Shown: piece after piece, positions 59,926 to 64,000 of the stretch
How positions within the stretch are numbered: position 1 is the stretch's first letter
Layout of the letters: each line of letters starts with the position of its first letter
Assembly: GCA_963804995.1 (NCBI GenBank)
Contig: CAWDSK010000006.1
Location: forward strand, 1,376,001-1,440,000
Direction: 5' to 3'
Length of the DNA stretch: 64,000 nucleotides
Source of the DNA: an uncultured Acidobacteriota bacterium
GTDB taxonomy: Bacteria > Acidobacteriota > Terriglobia > UBA7540
Made by a program: the position numbers and the translations under genes
Notes under the pieces: generated by a model
Told to the model about the DNA's origin: nothing
Databases searched by the model: none
The model's input: the letters and a program-made list of their open reading frames with translations, nothing else

Positions 59926-61266
59926 TTAGAAGGGATGGGCGCCATGGGCTCCCAGGGAGAATTGGAATTGGAAAAGCAGTTCATTGGCGTCCCGGCCGTC
60001 CGCGTAGTGGCCGAAACGATACTGTCCCCGAATCTGGCTGAACTCGCTGGGCCAGTACGTGAGGATCGTGGAAAAGCCCGAGTCCGTGAGGCTGGCATTG
60101 GTTGCCCGGTCGGAGCGGTCGAATCGCCCCCCCACAAACCACCTCCTGCCGAGTTGGTAGTCCCCGGACGTATAAAACCCGAAGGCTTGCTGAACGGATC
60201 CGAGCTGGTCGCGCTCGCTCCAGATAAGCTCGCTGCGGCCAATAAAAGAGTGGTAGATGGCGCGCCGCAGCGGCTTCCAGTGTAGCGTGGCATCCATCCC
60301 ATAGAGTTGCGTCCGAAACGCGCTGCCCAGGTCGTTATGGCCCCGCGCAAAAGAGAAGCCGAGATCGAGATTGGTGTTGTCAGTGATGTCCTTATAGCTG
60401 CGCAGGTGCCCGACCAGGCTGACATTGCCCCGTTGGCTCGACTTGAAAACATCCCCGGAGTCTCCCCGGAAGACCTGTGCCGTCCCCTCCAGGAAGATGT
60501 TCTTGGGCGCAGGCAGAATGCGGGTTATGGACAGACCCGCATCGTCAATTCCATCCTCGCCACCTACCAGGTTTTCAGTTACCAGGGGTCGGTCAGTCCA
60601 GGGTAGCACATGATTGTGAAGCGTGTTGACCTTACCAAAAGCGGCGCGCATCTTGCCCACCCTGGCGACAAACCCTCCGGGGAGCGAAGTAAAGGTGAGG
60701 TAGCCTTCTTCCAGATTCACGCCTTCCTCACCAAAGGATAGGAAGAAGTCAGCGCGCGCGTACGGATTGACGATTGCCTGAAGGCCGACTTCAGACTCGT
60801 GCATTTCCAGGGCAGGCCCCCCGTGCATGGGGTTCTTGCCGACGGCACCAAGAAAATCGCCAATCACACTGATATCAGGGTTGAGGGCTTTCGCAGCAGC
60901 GCTCGCTCCCCCATAGACGGGTAATTGGCCGGGGGTTTCACCCGGTAAGAGGGGAGCCGCCGCGACGGTTTGGGGAGCTCGGGCAGGCGCTTGCGGCTCG
61001 GGGGGCGGCTGCGTGGCTGCCTCTGGCGCGGGCGGCGGAGGGGCCGCCGCAACCTCGGGGGTTGCATTAGGAATCTGCCCCACGGCCACGGGCGCTGCCG
61101 AGGTTACGGCCGCGAGGGCAGTCTTGAGCGCCTTGATTTCTTCCTCCAAAGCCCGGATGCGATCTTCATCGGCCTTCAGCCGTTCCTCTACCTTATCATT
61201 CGTCTGCGCCCCGAGGATTCCGGGCGCGAGAACTAACAACCAGACCAGAACCACAAGTTGTCGCAT
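59926..61266 (-). CDS. Outer-membrane beta-barrel associated with metal ABC uptake
   Basis: Signal, coiled coil and Pro-rich linker; LNPDISVIGDF, FGKVNTLHNH; C-terminal FSLGAHGAHPF. Confidence 0.8.
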   Translation of the reverse strand: MRQLVVLVWLLVLAPGILGAQTNDKVEERLKADEDRIRALEEEIKALKTALAAVTSAAPVAVGQIPNATPEVAAAPPPPAPEAATQPPPEPQAPARAPQTVAAAPLLPGETPGQLPVYGGASAAAKALNPDISVIGDFLGAVGKNPMHGGPALEMHESEVGLQAIVNPYARADFFLSFGEEGVNLEEGYLTFTSLPGGFVARVGKMRAAFGKVNTLHNHVLPWTDRPLVTENLVGGEDGIDDAGLSITRILPAPKNIFLEGTAQVFRGDSGDVFKSSQRGNVSLVGHLRSYKDITDNTNLDLGFSFARGHNDLGSAFRTQLYGMDATLHWKPLRRAIYHSFIGRSELIWSERDQLGSVQQAFGFYTSGDYQLGRRWFVGGRFDRSDRATNASLTDSGFSTILTYWPSEFSQIRGQYRFGHYADGRDANELLFQFQFSLGAHGAHPF

Positions 61267-61472
61267 GGTAAGAATCCTCCTGGCCCCTTCGATTTAGGAT
61301 GATCGAGAAAGGCGAGATTCGGTGGGGCGGCGTGGAATCAGTGCCTTTCGGGCCCTGTGCATCACTCACTTTCTGATGCCTGCAAGCTAGCACGAGCCCG
61401 GCGTTTCGTTTAAACAATTTTCGCGAGCTGGAGCAGTCGCATGATTTCAGATCGAGAGCGTCAATTGATTCC

Positions 61473-62777
61473 TTATGGCAAGTTCCTTGTCCCTACGGCT
61501 TCCTTCAATTGCACGAGAGAGAGCAGGTAGTTCGCCAGCGCCTGGCGATAGGCAAGCTGGATGGCGCGGAAGCTGCGCTCCGCATCAAGAAAGTCGAGCA
61601 GGCTGGCCGCGCCGCGCTGGTAGGCGTATTCGCTGATGTCGCGCGAGTCTTTGGCCTGTTGCAGGTATCCCGAAGTGTAAAGCTGAACGATCTGGTCGTT
61701 GGTCTTCAGCCCCTGATAGGCGTTTTCAACATCCGTCAGCACAATTTCGGAAGCGGCGGTCTGGAGCTCCTGCGCCCCCGTAATGGCGTAATGGGTGCGG
61801 GCAATCTCGCCCTGGTTACGATCGAAAATGGGAATCTCGATATTCATGGCGAAGCTGGCGCTATTCATGGCAGTAACATGAGAATAGTCAACGGTGGTGG
61901 TCAGGTTCCGCTTGCCGTTGGCCTTCGCCAAATCGTACTGGCTTTTAGCCGCCGTTACACCCTGCTGAGCGGCTAGAAGGTCAGGGCGCTGTTTGAGCGC
62001 CAAGGATTGCAGGTCTTCCTGATTGCCGTGCACGGGAGTGTAGGTGAGTTCGCCGATGACTTCAAAATCGGCCGGAACCGATTCGAAGCCCAGGAGCTGC
62101 CGGAGGCCGGCGCGTGCCTGCACCAGGGCAATTTGCGCCGCGGAAACGTCGGTTTGAAATTGCAACAACTGCAACTTGATTTTCAGCAGGTCGGCTTCAC
62201 TGATCGCCCCGGCTTTGTACCGCGTGTCACTCAGTTTGACTGTCTGCACAAAGCTTGCCAGGTCCTGTTTAGCAAACTCCAGGTTCGACATAGCCAGAAG
62301 AATGGTGACAAACTGCTGCGCCACGTTGAAGGTCAAGCCCCGCTCCGTGTCCTTCACCTGGGAGCGGGTGACGGCGGTTGCGTCGTGCGCAGCCTGGATG
62401 CGGGCTTGACGCTTGTGACCGCGTTCAAAGGTATAGCTGAGGCCCAGGTCAAACTCCGAGATGTTGTCGAGCGTGGAGCCGGTAAGCTGGCTGGGGCTGA
62501 AGAGGGGGATGAATAAGTCGTCGTAGGTGAACACCGGGTTGGGGCGAATGGCCGCCGTGATCTCCTCCGCCTCGCTCTGCTGAATCTGGTTCTCCGCCGC
62601 CTTCAAAGCGTGATTATGCTTGATGGCAAGCTGGATGGCCTGCTCGATATCGATGCGGGACACCGGCGGAGCCTTTTGCGCGCTTGCTGCGCCGATCCCG
62701 GTAGCCAACAAAAGGACCACGGGCATCAAGAATCCCAAACGCTTCAGAGTGGAGAAAATGCCATTGACGTTCATCAT
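61473..62777 (-). CDS. TolC-family (CzcC-like) outer membrane factor
   Basis: PNP, FERGHKRQAR, RPDLLAA, IPIFDRNQG, AYQRGAASLLDFLDAER. Confidence 0.9.
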   Translation of the reverse strand: MMNVNGIFSTLKRLGFLMPVVLLLATGIGAASAQKAPPVSRIDIEQAIQLAIKHNHALKAAENQIQQSEAEEITAAIRPNPVFTYDDLFIPLFSPSQLTGSTLDNISEFDLGLSYTFERGHKRQARIQAAHDATAVTRSQVKDTERGLTFNVAQQFVTILLAMSNLEFAKQDLASFVQTVKLSDTRYKAGAISEADLLKIKLQLLQFQTDVSAAQIALVQARAGLRQLLGFESVPADFEVIGELTYTPVHGNQEDLQSLALKQRPDLLAAQQGVTAAKSQYDLAKANGKRNLTTTVDYSHVTAMNSASFAMNIEIPIFDRNQGEIARTHYAITGAQELQTAASEIVLTDVENAYQGLKTNDQIVQLYTSGYLQQAKDSRDISEYAYQRGAASLLDFLDAERSFRAIQLAYRQALANYLLSLVQLKEAVGTRNLP

Positions 62778-62875
62778 TACGGAGCCACCACAGTCAAGGT
62801 TTTGGTAGGCAAAGCCAACCAGCTACAGGTCTCTAGGGAACCTAGGATTCATTCGTGGAAATAGGGAAGGAAGTC

Positions 62876-63223
62876 TTAGATGAGGGGTGGAGCTCGACCG
62901 AATCTGATGGCCGGCTGCAACGAGCGGTAGAATCGGTGGTTCAGGCTGGGAGGCAGGGGAACCGAAGCCGCCGGCTGAAAAACCACCACGTCCGTGGCGG
63001 GTTGAACGGCGCTCTGGCGAACAATCTGGCACGCCGTGCAGGGTAGGCCGTTCTCCCCCGTGGGCAACTGCTGAACCTGCGCCTGCACCGACGGGGTGTG
63101 CCCCAGCGTCAGCATCTCACCATGGTGATGCAGCATGGTCACGCCAAAGAGGTGAACCTGCAACAGCACCAGCGCGTAAGGCGTGACAATCCGATTGACT
63201 CGGTGAATCAGACCACTTGCCAC
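62876..63223 (-). CDS. Small His/CxxC protein (DUF2946-like) leading the metal operon
   Basis: Hydrophobic helix followed by HHH, CTAC and a C-terminal GRAPP. Confidence 0.7.
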   Translation of the reverse strand: MASGLIHRVNRIVTPYALVLLQVHLFGVTMLHHHGEMLTLGHTPSVQAQVQQLPTGENGLPCTACQIVRQSAVQPATDVVVFQPAASVPLPPSLNHRFYRSLQPAIRFGRAPPLI

Positions 63224-63467
63224 AATAATTATTCTACTGGAATCCTAATCCCAGCGTGGGCAAATCTTCCCCGGCCCAGCGGCCGAAGAAGTTCAAATTT
63301 GCTCCAGCGATCCTCGACCCGACGAGCGGGTTCATTTGCTATATGTAGTTATACATCTTATGTGGACGTTTTTTCAACCACTTAAGTTACAACCGGGCGT
63401 CCGCTCGACGGGGGCCGTGGTCGCCCGTGGCCTGCCGAGCCGGAGTTCTGGCCAGGGACTACTCCCC

Positions 63468-64000
63468 TCATTTATCAATCCGCCGTGACAGCGCCTTCAC
63501 CTTTTCTGCCAAATCGTCGAGCCTCGCCAGGCGGGCAATGGTTTTCTTGAATTCGCTCATGGGCCGGCTGGGTGTTCCCCATATGACCGAGCCACTGCGC
63601 ACGATTTTGCCGGGAAGAATCCCGGCTTGGCCCCCCACCGTCACCCGATCCTCAACGCGCACGTGATCGCCAATGCCAACCTGCCCGGCCATGACCACGT
63701 AGTCGCCGATCTCAACGCTGCCGGAGATTCCCACCTGCGCGGCAATGACGCAGTGGCGGCCAATCCTTACGTTGTGGGCGATTTGCACCAGGTTGTCGAT
63801 CTTGGTGCCTTGCCCGATGACCGTGGTGCCCAGGGAGCCGCGGTCGAGCGTGGTGTTGCTGCCGATCTCAACATCGTCCTCGATCACTATATTTCCCAAC
63901 TGCGGAAACTTCACGTGCTTCCCTTCGGCGAAGACGTAGCCGAAACCGTCGGAGCCCACCACCACGCCCGCGTGCAGTATCACGCGGTCGCCAATCCTCG
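63468..64000 (-). CDS. lpxD: UDP-3-O-acylglucosamine N-acyltransferase (3' part only)
   Basis: [39 protein letters not shown], hexapeptide repeats. Confidence 0.95.
   Translation of the reverse strand, partial: RIGDRVILHAGVVVGSDGFGYVFAEGKHVKFPQLGNIVIEDDVEIGSNTTLDRGSLGTTVIGQGTKIDNLVQIAHNVRIGRHCVIAAQVGISGSVEIGDYVVMAGQVGIGDHVRVEDRVTVGGQAGILPGKIVRSGSVIWGTPSRPMSEFKKTIARLARLDDLAEKVKALSRRIDK

Noticed and set aside
58597..60285. 562-aa plus-strand ORF
   Set aside because: Antisense to three clear metal-transport genes.
63343..63356. Zur/Fur box upstream of the metal operon (atgtagttatacat)
   Set aside because: Short near-palindrome that matches known boxes poorly; single occurrence.

Overview
A 64-kb GC-rich bacterial chromosomal window, probably from an Acidobacteriota (Terriglobia-like) genome. 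That assignment is inferred from the acidobacterial-type VWA, TPR and discoidin proteins and the Gram-negative lpxD/TolC genes. Left half (accessory): a truncated Crp/Fnr regulator missed by the ORF track, a GMC flavoprotein with its Tat-exported small subunit, and two independently inserted, near-identical IS1634 copies. It also holds a 10-PAS/GAF hybrid kinase, a repeat-bracketed DUF559 nuclease cassette, a duplicated DUF2844-DUF3443 pair with pepsin-like motifs, and an IS1182 nested in a large IS6-like element. Right half: D-aminoacylase, GH97, uvrA and two DsbA paralogs that bracket a 12.4-kb insert. The insert carries a split discoidin/glycosidase gene, VWA, a GNAT-RHH toxin-antitoxin pair, an M-box riboswitch with an NRAMP-related Mg2+ transporter operon including two unannotated small membrane proteins, an aldo/keto reductase and a cupin. 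An ATPase-less metal-uptake operon and the 3' end of lpxD follow. Best candidate for an undescribed system: an uncharacterised 'HGPKT..G....RHG' protein (25950-27101). Its 3' end merges into arrays of ~30-35-bp AT-rich repeats that form a long inverted repeat, and the unit is bracketed by a GGGCTACCGGTAGCCC palindrome. A gene-less copy of the same palindrome-plus-repeat module lies at 1630-2172. Many GTAG-type REP/MITE-like elements are dispersed through the window. All product calls come from motif recognition by eye; no database searches were run.
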